64,000 nucleotides of DNA, from the NCBI GenBank assembly GCA_040218735.1, contig JAVJQW010000012.1:192001-256000 (forward strand). The letters run 5' to 3'. This DNA is from Deltaproteobacteria bacterium. GTDB lineage: Bacteria; Myxococcota; Kuafuiibacteriia; Kuafuiibacteriales; Kuafuiibacteriaceae. This document shows, in pieces, positions 19,032-28,978 of the stretch (position 1 is the first letter of the stretch; every line of letters begins with the position of its first letter). A program made the translations under genes and the position numbers. Below the pieces are notes generated by a model. It was given only the letters and a program-made list of their open reading frames with translations, ran no database searches and had not been told where the DNA came from.

Positions 19032-19071
19032 AAGACCGGGCGCCTTCCCACAGAGGCGACCCGGTCTTTTT
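19032..19071 (+). terminator. Intrinsic terminator
   Basis: AGACCGGGCGCCT-loop-AGGCGACCCGGTCT followed by T run. Confidence 0.8.
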
Positions 19072-19096
19072 GCGTCTGGGCTCGTCGGTCTGGGCT

Positions 19097-20434
19097 TCAC
19101 CGGCACCAGGCCGCGCCGCAGCTCCCGCCCACACACACCCGCGAAGCACAGTCACCGTCCGCCGCGCACGCGGCCCCGATGGGCTGGTCCGCGGCGAGGC
19201 AGACCTTCCGATCCCCCTCGCCGCCGCAGGCGCCCGACGCACACGCGCCGTCGAACGCACACGCGGACCCGTTCGGGAGGGGCGCCGCGCAGAAGGGCGT
19301 GCTCACGACCTGGTCGCCCGCGAGCCGACGCACACCGAACGTGTCGTCCATGAGCCGGGTCCCGTCGAGGCCGGTGCCGCCCTCGGCGACGCTGTCGCCG
19401 AAGTCGAGCTCGATGGGGCCGAGCTCCGAAGTGACCTCGAAGCTCACGCCGCCAGTCAGCGCGTAGTCGATCTGGAGCGCGCCGTCGTCGTCGAACGCGA
19501 GCGCGCCGAGGGCGACGACCTCGCCGTCGACCATCGCCGAGTAACCCCAGTCGGTCTCAGTCTGCCGGAACATGTACACGGCCATGCGGCGGGGGGCCTG
19601 GTGCTGGTCCACGATGTCGACCCAGAGCCGGTACTGGAACGTGTCCTCATCCGCGGGATCGAACGTGCCGTCCGAGGGGCGCGCGAAGCGGTCGAGGTCG
19701 AGGTGCGCGACGACGTAGCGGGTCGGGCGACGGATCTGATCGCAGCGGCCGCTCGCGCACCAGCCGTCCGCTTCACAGGGCATGTCGTCACGGAGCGGCT
19801 CCGCGCAGACCCCTTCGACGCAGGGCCCGAAGACCCGGTCACCGCCGAGGCGGGCGCTGTCGACGGGCGCGTCGAGGTCGAGGCACCGAACCTCGCCGCG
19901 CGGGGTGTTGAGCCCGCAGGTCTCGCCGCGGTCCGCGACCGCGACGCAGCGGTAGCCGTCGCCGGCCGCCACACACACGCCGCCGTCGCACTCGTTCGGG
20001 CCGGCCGCGAAGAACGGGATCGAACACACCTCGCCGGGCTGCTTCGTGCCCGAGAAGACGCCGCCGAAGTCGAGCAGATCACGCTGCGACCAACCGAGTG
20101 TGTCGAAGGTGTCGCCGCACGCGGTCGCGTCGATCGTGTCGATGAACGCGCGGGCACGATCGCCGTCGAAGACCATCGCCTCGGCCTCGAGCGCCGCCTC
20201 GGTCTTCGGGTCCATCAGCTGCACCTGACACGACTTCTTCATGCGCGCGACGCACCCCGCGTCGGCGACGCAGGCGCAGGCCTCGTTGGCGTCGCACCAG
20301 TGCGCCGCGTAGGCGTCGCAGAACCCGTCGGCCGTGAGCGGCGCGGTGGCGGTCGGTGCGGCGTCGTGTCCTGACTCACGCTCGGCGCCCGCACAGGCGA
20401 CGAGGGTGACGGCGACGAGGGCGACTTTGCGCAT
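19097..20434 (-). CDS. Cys-rich lipoprotein with an internal flagellar hook FlgE-like domain
   Basis: Lipobox LVAC; CxxDxxCASGxC repeats; insert FDPADEDTF...GALAFDDDGAL...LDFGDSVAEGGTGLDGT. Confidence 0.7.
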   Translation of the reverse strand: MRKVALVAVTLVACAGAERESGHDAAPTATAPLTADGFCDAYAAHWCDANEACACVADAGCVARMKKSCQVQLMDPKTEAALEAEAMVFDGDRARAFIDTIDATACGDTFDTLGWSQRDLLDFGGVFSGTKQPGEVCSIPFFAAGPNECDGGVCVAAGDGYRCVAVADRGETCGLNTPRGEVRCLDLDAPVDSARLGGDRVFGPCVEGVCAEPLRDDMPCEADGWCASGRCDQIRRPTRYVVAHLDLDRFARPSDGTFDPADEDTFQYRLWVDIVDQHQAPRRMAVYMFRQTETDWGYSAMVDGEVVALGALAFDDDGALQIDYALTGGVSFEVTSELGPIELDFGDSVAEGGTGLDGTRLMDDTFGVRRLAGDQVVSTPFCAAPLPNGSACAFDGACASGACGGEGDRKVCLAADQPIGAACAADGDCASRVCVGGSCGAAWCR

Positions 20435-20494
20435 GTAGCGAGGCATCGGCGGTCGACGGCACGACCTGAACACCTCGTCTCGCGATGGGTCTGT

Positions 20495-22813
20495 TCAGTT
20501 GCTGGAGATCGAGCCGAGGCGCGCCAGATCGATACCGAAATCGAACGAGAAGCCCTCGCGGTCGCGCGCGGTCGCGGCGGTCACCCAGGCGGAGAAGCAG
20601 TCACACGGTAGGTCCACCCGAACCATGGTGCGCGTGCTGCGAATCACGGACGGCGGCTCTGTAGACCCGTACGCCGCGACGCGATCCAGGAACGACAACG
20701 TCATGTCGAACGCGACGGTGATCTCGTCGATCGGCCGCACGCGGGTGCCCAACGACAACCCGCGGAACGCGCTCCACGGCACGAGGTCACGACGCTCCTC
20801 GGCGGTACGCATCCCGAGGTCGGCGAGCGCGACGTAACCCGTGCGATCGATCGTGCGGGAGGGCACCAGCTCCTCGGGCGCGATGAACGTGTACCGCGGC
20901 GGACCGTCGCCGGGGAGCTCGGCGTACGCGACGGTCAGCGCGTAGTCCTCGAGGACGTTCACGGAGCCGCGCGCGAACAGCTCGGTGAGCCCGCGGCCGT
21001 CGAGGTCGTAGGCGAGCAGACCGTCGAAGCCGAATCGCACCGGCCACCCTTCCGGAGCGATCGCGGCGGAGGGCTCGACCACGACCTCCGAGGCGCCCGC
21101 GCTCCCGCCGCCGGGGAGACCGAGGTCACCGCCGAACCAGACGTCGAGGCCGGCGAGGCGGAGGCCGTCGCGGTTCCTCAACAGCTCGGACTGGAGCCGC
21201 AACCTGGCTTGCGAGACCTCCGCGAGCAGATCGATCTCGTCGAACGTCTCGAAGACGTCGTCGCCGCGCCGCGACACCCACGGGACGGCGCGGTACTCGA
21301 CGCTGGGGCGGAGCACGTGGAAGACGTCGTCGTAGAGGCGCGACAGCTCCATGAACACCCGGCCGCCCGCGAGCACCGCCTGGCGGTTCGACGCGACCGA
21401 GTCGTCCCGCGTGGAGCCCGCCCACGCCGTGACCCGAGCCGCGACGTAGGGCTCGACGACCAACCCCATGATGTCGATCGGCGCGCTCACCGCGGGGCGG
21501 AAGTCGGCGCGCGCGAACCGGGTGAGCGAACGCGACCGAGCGCCGAACGCGGCGAGTGAGAATCCGGCGTCGCCGATCAGCGGGAACGGCGTGGGCAGCG
21601 CGTAGGGGACGGCGTCGAGGCGCAGCTCGAACACCCGCTGGCGCGTCGCCCCCGCTCCGGGGACGTCCTTCGAGAACAGCGAGGTTTCGCGCTGGTCCGG
21701 GTCCGCGTACCGACGCGAACGCAGGTCCTGGAGCCACTGCGCCGTCGCCGCGATTCGGTACAGGTCGGACGCGTGGGTGACCGTGGCGCGCGAGCGCGTC
21801 CACTCGACCTGCCGCTGCAGGAACGACTCGCCGAAGTCGGAGATGAAGCGCGGGTCGGTCAGCGCGTCCACGCCGATGTGCAGCTTCACCGGATCGAACT
21901 GCGTCACGTGCCGCCCCGTCAGCCCGGTGCGGAACAGCGGCGACGGCTCCCCGTCCGCGAAGGAGCGCGTCTTGCTGAACCCGCCCTCCCCGTCGGGGTC
22001 TCCGAAGTCGAGTACGTTGGTGAGGTTCCAGGTGCCGGCGGAGTCGGTGGTCGGCGTGTACCGCAGCTCGAGACCGAGCCCGGGGCCACGCGACGACATG
22101 TACATCGCCTCGATCGTCGAGTCCCACGACGGCCCCATCGCGATGAAGAACGGCAGGCGAATCGACGGCCCCGTGACCGGGGTGTTCGACGGGCGCGGCG
22201 CGAGCAACCCGGTCCGGCGCGAGCCGAGCGGCACGTACATGATCGGCAGCCAGAACACCGGGACCTCGTAGACGTAGAACAGCGAGCTCTTCATCCACGC
22301 GCCCGACTGCAGATCCACGGACGCCTCGGACGACTCGATCCGCCAGGTGGGGTTGGCGTCCTCACCGCAGTCACACGGCGTGAAGCTCCCGCCTTCGATC
22401 TCGAAGCGGTGGGGCGTCAGCCGTTCCATGCGCTCGGCTCCGATGATCAGCTCGTCCTTCGCGCCCGACTTGGACTTGATGCGCAACTCACCTTGCTCGA
22501 TCCCGCCGACCAGCTCGGGGATCTTCATCTCGACCTTCTTGCAGGTCAGGACGGACACGCCGTCGATCGCCGTGACGTTCCCCTCCGCGGTCGCGATCCC
22601 GGTGCGCTCGTCGAACACCACGACGTCGGCGAGCAGCGTCGCGTCGCCCCGCCGGACGATGACGTCGCCCTCCGCGCGGTAGCGGCGCTCCTTCGGGAAG
22701 GTCTCCAGCCGCTCGGCCTCCACGGAGAACGGACGAGTGCCGAGGCGCCCCACGGCGCCGGAGGACGTCCCGACCTGACCGGCGACGAGGGCCACCGCGA
22801 GCAGCGCGATCAC
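20495..22813 (-). CDS. lptD: LPS-assembly protein LptD
   Basis: OstA-like N-terminus (AEGDVIV, LLADVVVFD, AEGNV), SFTPCDC, PVFWLP...RRTGLLAP, C-terminal CDC. Confidence 0.82.
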   Translation of the reverse strand: MIALLAVALVAGQVGTSSGAVGRLGTRPFSVEAERLETFPKERRYRAEGDVIVRRGDATLLADVVVFDERTGIATAEGNVTAIDGVSVLTCKKVEMKIPELVGGIEQGELRIKSKSGAKDELIIGAERMERLTPHRFEIEGGSFTPCDCGEDANPTWRIESSEASVDLQSGAWMKSSLFYVYEVPVFWLPIMYVPLGSRRTGLLAPRPSNTPVTGPSIRLPFFIAMGPSWDSTIEAMYMSSRGPGLGLELRYTPTTDSAGTWNLTNVLDFGDPDGEGGFSKTRSFADGEPSPLFRTGLTGRHVTQFDPVKLHIGVDALTDPRFISDFGESFLQRQVEWTRSRATVTHASDLYRIAATAQWLQDLRSRRYADPDQRETSLFSKDVPGAGATRQRVFELRLDAVPYALPTPFPLIGDAGFSLAAFGARSRSLTRFARADFRPAVSAPIDIMGLVVEPYVAARVTAWAGSTRDDSVASNRQAVLAGGRVFMELSRLYDDVFHVLRPSVEYRAVPWVSRRGDDVFETFDEIDLLAEVSQARLRLQSELLRNRDGLRLAGLDVWFGGDLGLPGGGSAGASEVVVEPSAAIAPEGWPVRFGFDGLLAYDLDGRGLTELFARGSVNVLEDYALTVAYAELPGDGPPRYTFIAPEELVPSRTIDRTGYVALADLGMRTAEERRDLVPWSAFRGLSLGTRVRPIDEITVAFDMTLSFLDRVAAYGSTEPPSVIRSTRTMVRVDLPCDCFSAWVTAATARDREGFSFDFGIDLARLGSISSN

Positions 22814-22825
22814 GGACGCGCCCGC

Positions 22826-24385
22826 TCAGCAGGACTTCTCTTCGCCGTCCTCCATGTAACGCACGCCGTACAGATCACGTCGCCGATCCCGCAGGTTCGT
22901 CACGGTGCCGGTCGCACGTGCCCGACGGAGGAGCTCCGTGTCGAGGTCGTGGATCAGCACCGTCTCGAAGTTGGGCGCAGTCTCCGCCGCGATCCCGTCT
23001 CGCGCAAACGGGATGTCCGCCGGCGTGTAGATCCCGGACTGGGCGTAGTGGACGTCCGCATTCTCGACGAGCGGCAGATTCCCCACGCACCCCGCCGAGA
23101 CGGCGAACACCTGGTTCTCGATGCACCGGGCCTGGGCGCAGAGCCGCACGCGCAGGTACCCGTAGCGGTCGTCGGTGTTGAACGGGACGAAGAGGATCTT
23201 GGCCCCCTTCTCGGTGGCGATCCGGCACAGCTCGGGGAACTCCACGTCGTAGCAGATGAGGATCGCGACCTTGCCGCGGTCGGTGTCGAACACCTGGACC
23301 ACGTCGCCGCCCTCGACCCCCCACCACTTCGCCTCGCTCGGCGTGATGTGGATCTTGTACTGCTTGCCGATCGTGCCGTCCCGCCGGAACAGGTACGAGA
23401 CGTTGTAGAGCGTCTCGTCCTCCACCGTGAACTGACTGCCGCCGATGATGTTGAGGTCGTGTTTGATCGCGAGGTCGGTGAACAGCTCCAGGTACTGCGG
23501 CGTGAAGTTCGCGAGCTCCCGCGCCGCCTGACCGGGTCGGTGCGCGTCGACGAGGGACAACAGCTGCAGCGTGAACAGCTCCGGGAACAGCAGGAAGTCC
23601 GACTTGTCCTCGGAGGCGACGTCCACGAAGAAGCGGCACTGCTGCTCGAAGTCGTCGAAAGACTTCACCGGGCGCATCTCGTACTGCACCGCCGCGACGC
23701 GCACGGGCTCCGTCGCCCGACGGCGGCGTCGCGCCTGCGGCGGTAGGTACTCGAGGTTCGGCCACACGAGCTGCGTGGCGTACCCGGCGGAGTCCTCGTC
23801 GCTGGGCATGTAGTCCGGGACGAGCTGCTCGAGGACGAAGCCGTTCGCGATCTGCGTGGTGAGCACCGGGTCGTAGAGCTCCTTGCTCATGACCTTCTCG
23901 ACGTAGACCTGAGCGCTCATCTCGCCCTTCACCTTCGCGTACCCCGGGATGCGCCCGCCCACGATCATGCGCGCGAGGTTCATCTGCACGCACAGCTCCT
24001 TGCGCGCGACATAGAGCCGGCGCGCGAGCTTCATACCGCGGAACTTGGGCGACACCTGGATCTCGATGCCGTAGAGCGTGTCCCCGTCTGGGTCGTGGTT
24101 CCGGATCGCCCCGTTGTCGGCGATGGACTTCCAGTCGTCCCAGGCCGAGTACTCCGCCTCGTCGACGACCAGGCTCGCGCAGCTCGCGGCGATCTCCCCG
24201 TCCACCTCGATGCAGAACTGACCGCGGGGGAAGATCTTCAGCTGGCTCTCGAACTGCTCGCGCGACCACGGGAGCATCTTCGGGAAGCACTCCTTCTGCA
24301 TCTTCACGATCGCGTCGAAGTCCTCGTGCCGGACGTTCCGGAGCTTCACGCGGGTCTCGAATTCGCTGAGGTCGAGCTCGTCCAT
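22826..24385 (-). CDS. Bifunctional GNAT acetyltransferase / carbon-nitrogen hydrolase
   Basis: [36 protein letters not shown]; nitrilase triad LFPE / QYKIH / ICYDVEFPE; start ATG 24385. Confidence 0.9.
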   Translation of the reverse strand: MDELDLSEFETRVKLRNVRHEDFDAIVKMQKECFPKMLPWSREQFESQLKIFPRGQFCIEVDGEIAASCASLVVDEAEYSAWDDWKSIADNGAIRNHDPDGDTLYGIEIQVSPKFRGMKLARRLYVARKELCVQMNLARMIVGGRIPGYAKVKGEMSAQVYVEKVMSKELYDPVLTTQIANGFVLEQLVPDYMPSDEDSAGYATQLVWPNLEYLPPQARRRRRATEPVRVAAVQYEMRPVKSFDDFEQQCRFFVDVASEDKSDFLLFPELFTLQLLSLVDAHRPGQAARELANFTPQYLELFTDLAIKHDLNIIGGSQFTVEDETLYNVSYLFRRDGTIGKQYKIHITPSEAKWWGVEGGDVVQVFDTDRGKVAILICYDVEFPELCRIATEKGAKILFVPFNTDDRYGYLRVRLCAQARCIENQVFAVSAGCVGNLPLVENADVHYAQSGIYTPADIPFARDGIAAETAPNFETVLIHDLDTELLRRARATGTVTNLRDRRRDLYGVRYMEDGEEKSC

Positions 24386-24434
24386 CTGGGCGCCGAGCTT
24401 GGCTGGCGGCGCTAGAGCCCGCAAGATGTGTTTC

Positions 24435-25604
24435 GTGACCGACCGTCGAGTGCTCGTCGTCGGCTGGCGCGCGGGGATCGGCCGCGCGCTCGACGAGCTG
24501 GGGATCAGATACTCCGTCTGGAACAAGACCCCGCTGAAGAACCCACCGAAGGGCGTCCACGTGGAGGTCGCGCCCTTCCCGTCCACCTCGGAGGCGGTGC
24601 GCGCGCGCTCGCGCCCGCTCCTGGAGCACGGACCGTTCACCCACGTGATCGCCGGCTCCGAGGAGTCGGTCGTCACCGCGTCCTACGCACGGCGAGAGCT
24701 CGGCGCCCGGCGCTCCAAACACACCACCGTGCGGCGCTGCCACGACAAACTCTTCATGAAGGAGGCGCTCACCGAACACGGTGTCCCGATGACCCCCTTC
24801 GTGGACGGCAACACCCCGCGCGCCTCCTCGGACGTGTTCCAGGAGCTCGGCGCGCCGATGGTCGTGAAGGACCGAACGGCGAGCGGCGGCCGCGGGATGG
24901 ACCTCGTCCACACGTCGGAGGAGGCCGCGCGCTCCCCGCTCAAGCGCCGCATCGCGGAGCGCTTCGTGGACGCGCCAGAGGTGAGCGTCGAGTCGTTCGT
25001 CGTGGACGGGCAGGTCCGGTTCGCGAACGTCACCGAGTACCTGCAGAAGAAACACGTGAACGCGGTGCCTGCGCAGCTCGCCCCCGAGCTGGAGGCGCGG
25101 TGCCGCGCCCTGTCCGCGAAGGTCATCGACGCCCTCAGGATTCAGTGGGGCATCACACACCTGGAGCTGTACCTGACCGACGAGGGGCCGCTGTTCGGCG
25201 AGATCGCGCTGCGCCCGCCCGGCGGCTACATCATGGAGGCGATGGGCCTCGCCTACGACTTCGACGCCTGGCGGGCGTTCGTCGCGGTCGAGCTGGACCT
25301 CCCGTTCGAGTTCCCCGCGGCGGCGGCCTACCGGGCGGCGGCCGTCGTCCTGCACCCCGGCGCCGGTCGGGTGAAGGCGGTGCGAGGCAAGAAGGCGGTC
25401 GAGGCGGATCCGAACGTCATCCGGCTGAAGGTGAAGATCCGCGCCGGCGACGTCGTCGACCCGCGCGTCGGCGTCGGCGCCGACGTCGGCTACGCGCTGG
25501 TCCGGGCGCCCGACCGCGTGGACCTCCTGGAATCGATCGGGCGCGTGCAGAAGGATCTCGTCTTCGACATGGCAACCGTGCAGGATGGCGAGCGCGCTCG
25601 ATGA
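24435..25604 (+). CDS. ATP-grasp domain protein (L-amino-acid ligase-like)
   Basis: [49 protein letters not shown]; start GTG 24435 or ATG 24426. Confidence 0.8.
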   Translation: MTDRRVLVVGWRAGIGRALDELGIRYSVWNKTPLKNPPKGVHVEVAPFPSTSEAVRARSRPLLEHGPFTHVIAGSEESVVTASYARRELGARRSKHTTVRRCHDKLFMKEALTEHGVPMTPFVDGNTPRASSDVFQELGAPMVVKDRTASGGRGMDLVHTSEEAARSPLKRRIAERFVDAPEVSVESFVVDGQVRFANVTEYLQKKHVNAVPAQLAPELEARCRALSAKVIDALRIQWGITHLELYLTDEGPLFGEIALRPPGGYIMEAMGLAYDFDAWRAFVAVELDLPFEFPAAAAYRAAAVVLHPGAGRVKAVRGKKAVEADPNVIRLKVKIRAGDVVDPRVGVGADVGYALVRAPDRVDLLESIGRVQKDLVFDMATVQDGERAR

Positions 25605-26299
25605 CGCGACGATCCCTCACGGTACAAATGCCGGCCCAGCCGGACGACCGCTCCTGCGGAGCCACCTGCCTCCACGCGATCTACGATTACTGGGACGATC
25701 CCGTCGCGCTGGATCGCCTGCTCGAAGAGATCCCACAGCTCGCCGACGGCGGCACGCTCGGCGTGCACCTCGCGACGCACGCGCGTCGTCGCGGCTACCG
25801 CGCGACGATCGTGACGTACAACCTGCAGGTCTTCGATCCGAGCTGGTTCGGCCCGGGTGTCGATCTCGCCGCGAAGCTGCGCGCGCAAGCGGAGTCGAAG
25901 AACGATCCGCGCCTCCTCGCCGCGACCCAGCCGTACCTCGACTTCCTCGAGATCGGCGGTGAGGTCGCGTTCGAAGATCTCTCGGGGCGCGTCGTCGCAC
26001 GACACCTCGGGCGCAGCGTCCCCGTGCTCACCGGGCTCTCCGCGACGTACCTCTACCGATCGCCCCGCGAAGACCCCCACACCGACAAACCGGACGACGT
26101 CGGCGGTCGTCCGGTCGGCCACTTCGTCGTGCTGTCCGGCATCGACGCCAAGGGCCAGGTCAGCATCGCCGACCCCTACGCCGACAACCCGGTCGGCGGC
26201 CGACACTACGTCGTGTCCGTCGAGCGGCTCATCGGCGCCATTTGTCTCGGCATCGTCACTTACGATGCCAACCTCGTGATCATCGAGCCTGCGGACTGA
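25601..26299 (+). CDS. Peptidase C39-like (papain fold) protein
   Basis: ATGA overlap; QPDDRSCGATCL, GHFVVL, IADP (Cys-His-Asp). Confidence 0.85.
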   Translation: MTRRSLTVQMPAQPDDRSCGATCLHAIYDYWDDPVALDRLLEEIPQLADGGTLGVHLATHARRRGYRATIVTYNLQVFDPSWFGPGVDLAAKLRAQAESKNDPRLLAATQPYLDFLEIGGEVAFEDLSGRVVARHLGRSVPVLTGLSATYLYRSPREDPHTDKPDDVGGRPVGHFVVLSGIDAKGQVSIADPYADNPVGGRHYVVSVERLIGAICLGIVTYDANLVIIEPAD

Positions 26300-26315
26300 A
26301 AAGGAGTCCGCCCTC

Positions 26316-27785
26316 ATGCAACACATCGTCGTCGTCGACCGTCCTCAGGACTGGCCTACAACCACGAGCGTCGAGCTCGTCGCGGCACGCGCGTATCTAC
26401 GCGAGCCGCGCTTCGCGGATTCGAACACCGCGTTCAAGGTCATCAACCTCTGCGGCAAACACACGTACCAGGGCATCGGCTACTACGTGTCGCTGCTCGC
26501 CAACGCTCGCGGTCACCGCGTCACGCCGCCGGTCGGTGCACCGCAGGACATCAAGAGCCGCGGCTTCCTCGAGAGCGTCGACGACGACCTCGGGTCACTC
26601 ACGCGTCGCGCCTTCGCGGGCGTGACGGACGAGAAGGCGACCGCGCTGTCGTTCTTCGGCGAAGCCGAGGACCCGGCGCACGCGCGCCTCACGAAGAAGC
26701 TGTTCCGTCTGCTCGACGTCCCGCTCTTCCGCGCGTACTTCGCGCGCGAGGACGAGGACTGGGTGCTCCGTCGCATCGAGCTCGTGAAACCCAAGGAGCT
26801 CACCGACGAGCAGCGCGCGCACGTCCTGGAGTACGCGGCGCGCCACTTCGATCGTCGCTCGCGCTCGCGCGCGCTGAAGTCGTACCGGTACGACCTCGCG
26901 ATCCTGCACGACCCGAACGCGGTCGACGCGCCTTCCAACGACCGCGCGCTCGCGCGGTTCGAGCGCGCCGCTGAGAAACGCGGTCTGTACGTGGAGCGCA
27001 TCGTGCGCGCCGACTACCGCCGCATCGCGGAGTTCGACGCGCTGTTCATCCGCGAGACGACCTCCGTGAACCACCACACCTATCGCTTCGCGCGGAAGGG
27101 GGAGGCGGAGGGGCTCGTGGTCATCGACGACCCGGAGTCGATCCTGCGCTGCTCGAACAAGATCTACCTGGCGGAGCTGTTGGAGCGGAACCACGTCCCG
27201 CACCTCGCCACGCGCATCATCGCGAAGGACGAGATCGACGAGGCCGCCGCGGAGCTCGCGTACCCGCTCGTGCTCAAGAAACCCGACGGCTCGTTCTCGG
27301 TGGGGAGCCTCAAGGTGATGGAGCGCGACAAGTTCGAAGCCGCGGCGGAGTCGTTGCTCGAGGACTCGGAGCTGATCCTCGCGCAGCCGTTCCGCCCCAC
27401 GGAGTACGACTGGCGCATCGGCGTCCTCGACGGCGCGCCGCTGTTCGCGTGCCGGTACTTCATGGCGAAGAACCACTGGCAGATCATCAAACGCGACGGC
27501 CGCGGGGTCTCCGAAGGCGAGCACGAGACGGTGCCGATCGAGGCCGCCCCCGCCGCGGTGGTGCACGCCGCCGTCACGGCGACGAAGCTGATCGGCGACG
27601 GCCTGTACGGCGTCGACGTGAAGGAGATCGACGGCAAGCCGTACGTGATCGAGGTGAACGACAACCCGAACCTCGACGCGGGCGTCGAAGATCAGGTGTT
27701 GGACGACGCGCTCTACGAGAAGCTCGTCGACGTGTTCGTCCGTCGCATCACCGAGAAGAAGGGCCCGGTCACGGAGGCGTCATGA
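26316..27785 (+). CDS. RimK-family ATP-grasp ligase with N-terminal RLAN domain
   Basis: VINLCG..YQGIGYYVSLLANARGH, FDALFIRETT, CSNKIYLAELL, KPDGSFS, LYGVDVKE, IEVNDNPN. Confidence 0.9.
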   Translation: MQHIVVVDRPQDWPTTTSVELVAARAYLREPRFADSNTAFKVINLCGKHTYQGIGYYVSLLANARGHRVTPPVGAPQDIKSRGFLESVDDDLGSLTRRAFAGVTDEKATALSFFGEAEDPAHARLTKKLFRLLDVPLFRAYFAREDEDWVLRRIELVKPKELTDEQRAHVLEYAARHFDRRSRSRALKSYRYDLAILHDPNAVDAPSNDRALARFERAAEKRGLYVERIVRADYRRIAEFDALFIRETTSVNHHTYRFARKGEAEGLVVIDDPESILRCSNKIYLAELLERNHVPHLATRIIAKDEIDEAAAELAYPLVLKKPDGSFSVGSLKVMERDKFEAAAESLLEDSELILAQPFRPTEYDWRIGVLDGAPLFACRYFMAKNHWQIIKRDGRGVSEGEHETVPIEAAPAAVVHAAVTATKLIGDGLYGVDVKEIDGKPYVIEVNDNPNLDAGVEDQVLDDALYEKLVDVFVRRITEKKGPVTEAS

Positions 27786-28978
27786 GCACCCCCTTCAAAC
27801 TATTCGAAGCCTACGGCGTCGAGCTCGAGTACATGATCGTGGATCGCGACTCCCTCGCGGTCCGCCCGATCGCGGACCAGGTGTTGATCGAGGACGGAGA
27901 GATCACGTCGGAGATCGAGGACGGCGTGGTCGGTTGGTCGAACGAGCTCGCGCTCCACGTCATCGAGCTGAAGTGCGCGCAGCCCACGCCGACCCTCGAA
28001 GGTTGGGGCCAGCACTTCGCCGAGAGCCTCCATCGCGTGCTCGATCGCCTCGCGCCCCTCAACGCGACGCTCCTCGGCACCGGGATGCACCCGACGATGG
28101 ATCCCGACACGGAGTTCTCCAAGTGGCCGCACGAGGCGAGTGAGATCTACGACGCCTTCGATCGCATCTTCGACTGCCGCGGACACGGCTGGTCGAACCT
28201 GCAGAGCATGCACCTGAACCTCCCCTTCGCGGACGACGACGAGCTGGGCCGCCTGCACGCCGCCATCCGCGTCATCCTCCCGGTGCTCCCCGCGCTGTGT
28301 GCGTCGTCGCCGATCTACGGTGGCCGCCGCCAGCCGTCGCTCGACGCACGGCTGGAGGTCTACAAGTACAACGCGAAGCGCGTCCCCGAGGTGTCCGGTC
28401 AGGTCATCCCGGAGCCGGCCTTCACCGCCGCCGAGTACGACGCGCAGGTGTTCCAGCCGCTCTACCGCGCCATCGCCCCGCACGATCCGAAAGGCATCTT
28501 GCAGCACGAGTGGCTCAACGCCCGCGGCGCCATCGTGCGCTTCGACCGCAACGCGATCGAGATTCGCGTGATGGACGTGCAGGAGCACCCGGTCGCGGAC
28601 CTCGCGATCGCGGCGACGGTGAGCGCGGTGCTGAAGCGCCTCGTCGACGCCGACCAGCCGACGCTCCGCGCCTTCGACTCGACGCGGCTGCGGAAGACGT
28701 TCGACCTCTGCGTCGAGCAGGCCGACGGCGCCGTCCTCGACGACGTCGAGCTGTGTCGCGCGCTCGGCGTCGACACGAAGACGCCGCTGAAGGCTCGCGA
28801 GCTGTGGCATCAGCTCGCGACCGAGACGAACACGATGACAAAACCCATCGAGGTCATCACGAAGGAAGGCACCCTCGCCCGCCGCATCGTGGACGCGGTC
28901 GATCGCTCGTCGGTCGAAGAGACCTACCGAGCGCTCGTCGATTGTCTGAAGGAAGGGCGCTCGTTCAGCGCCGCGTGA
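27782..28978 (+). CDS. Glutamate-cysteine ligase family 2 (GCS2) protein
   Basis: ATGA overlap; GVELEYMIVD, SNELALHVIELK, GMHP, NLQSMHLNLP, NARGAIVRFDRNAIEIR. Confidence 0.88.
   Translation: MSTPFKLFEAYGVELEYMIVDRDSLAVRPIADQVLIEDGEITSEIEDGVVGWSNELALHVIELKCAQPTPTLEGWGQHFAESLHRVLDRLAPLNATLLGTGMHPTMDPDTEFSKWPHEASEIYDAFDRIFDCRGHGWSNLQSMHLNLPFADDDELGRLHAAIRVILPVLPALCASSPIYGGRRQPSLDARLEVYKYNAKRVPEVSGQVIPEPAFTAAEYDAQVFQPLYRAIAPHDPKGILQHEWLNARGAIVRFDRNAIEIRVMDVQEHPVADLAIAATVSAVLKRLVDADQPTLRAFDSTRLRKTFDLCVEQADGAVLDDVELCRALGVDTKTPLKARELWHQLATETNTMTKPIEVITKEGTLARRIVDAVDRSSVEETYRALVDCLKEGRSFSAA

Noticed and set aside
24435-28978. Graspetide-type RiPP cluster
   Set aside because: No adjacent precursor ORF or ABC exporter; operon is tightly packed
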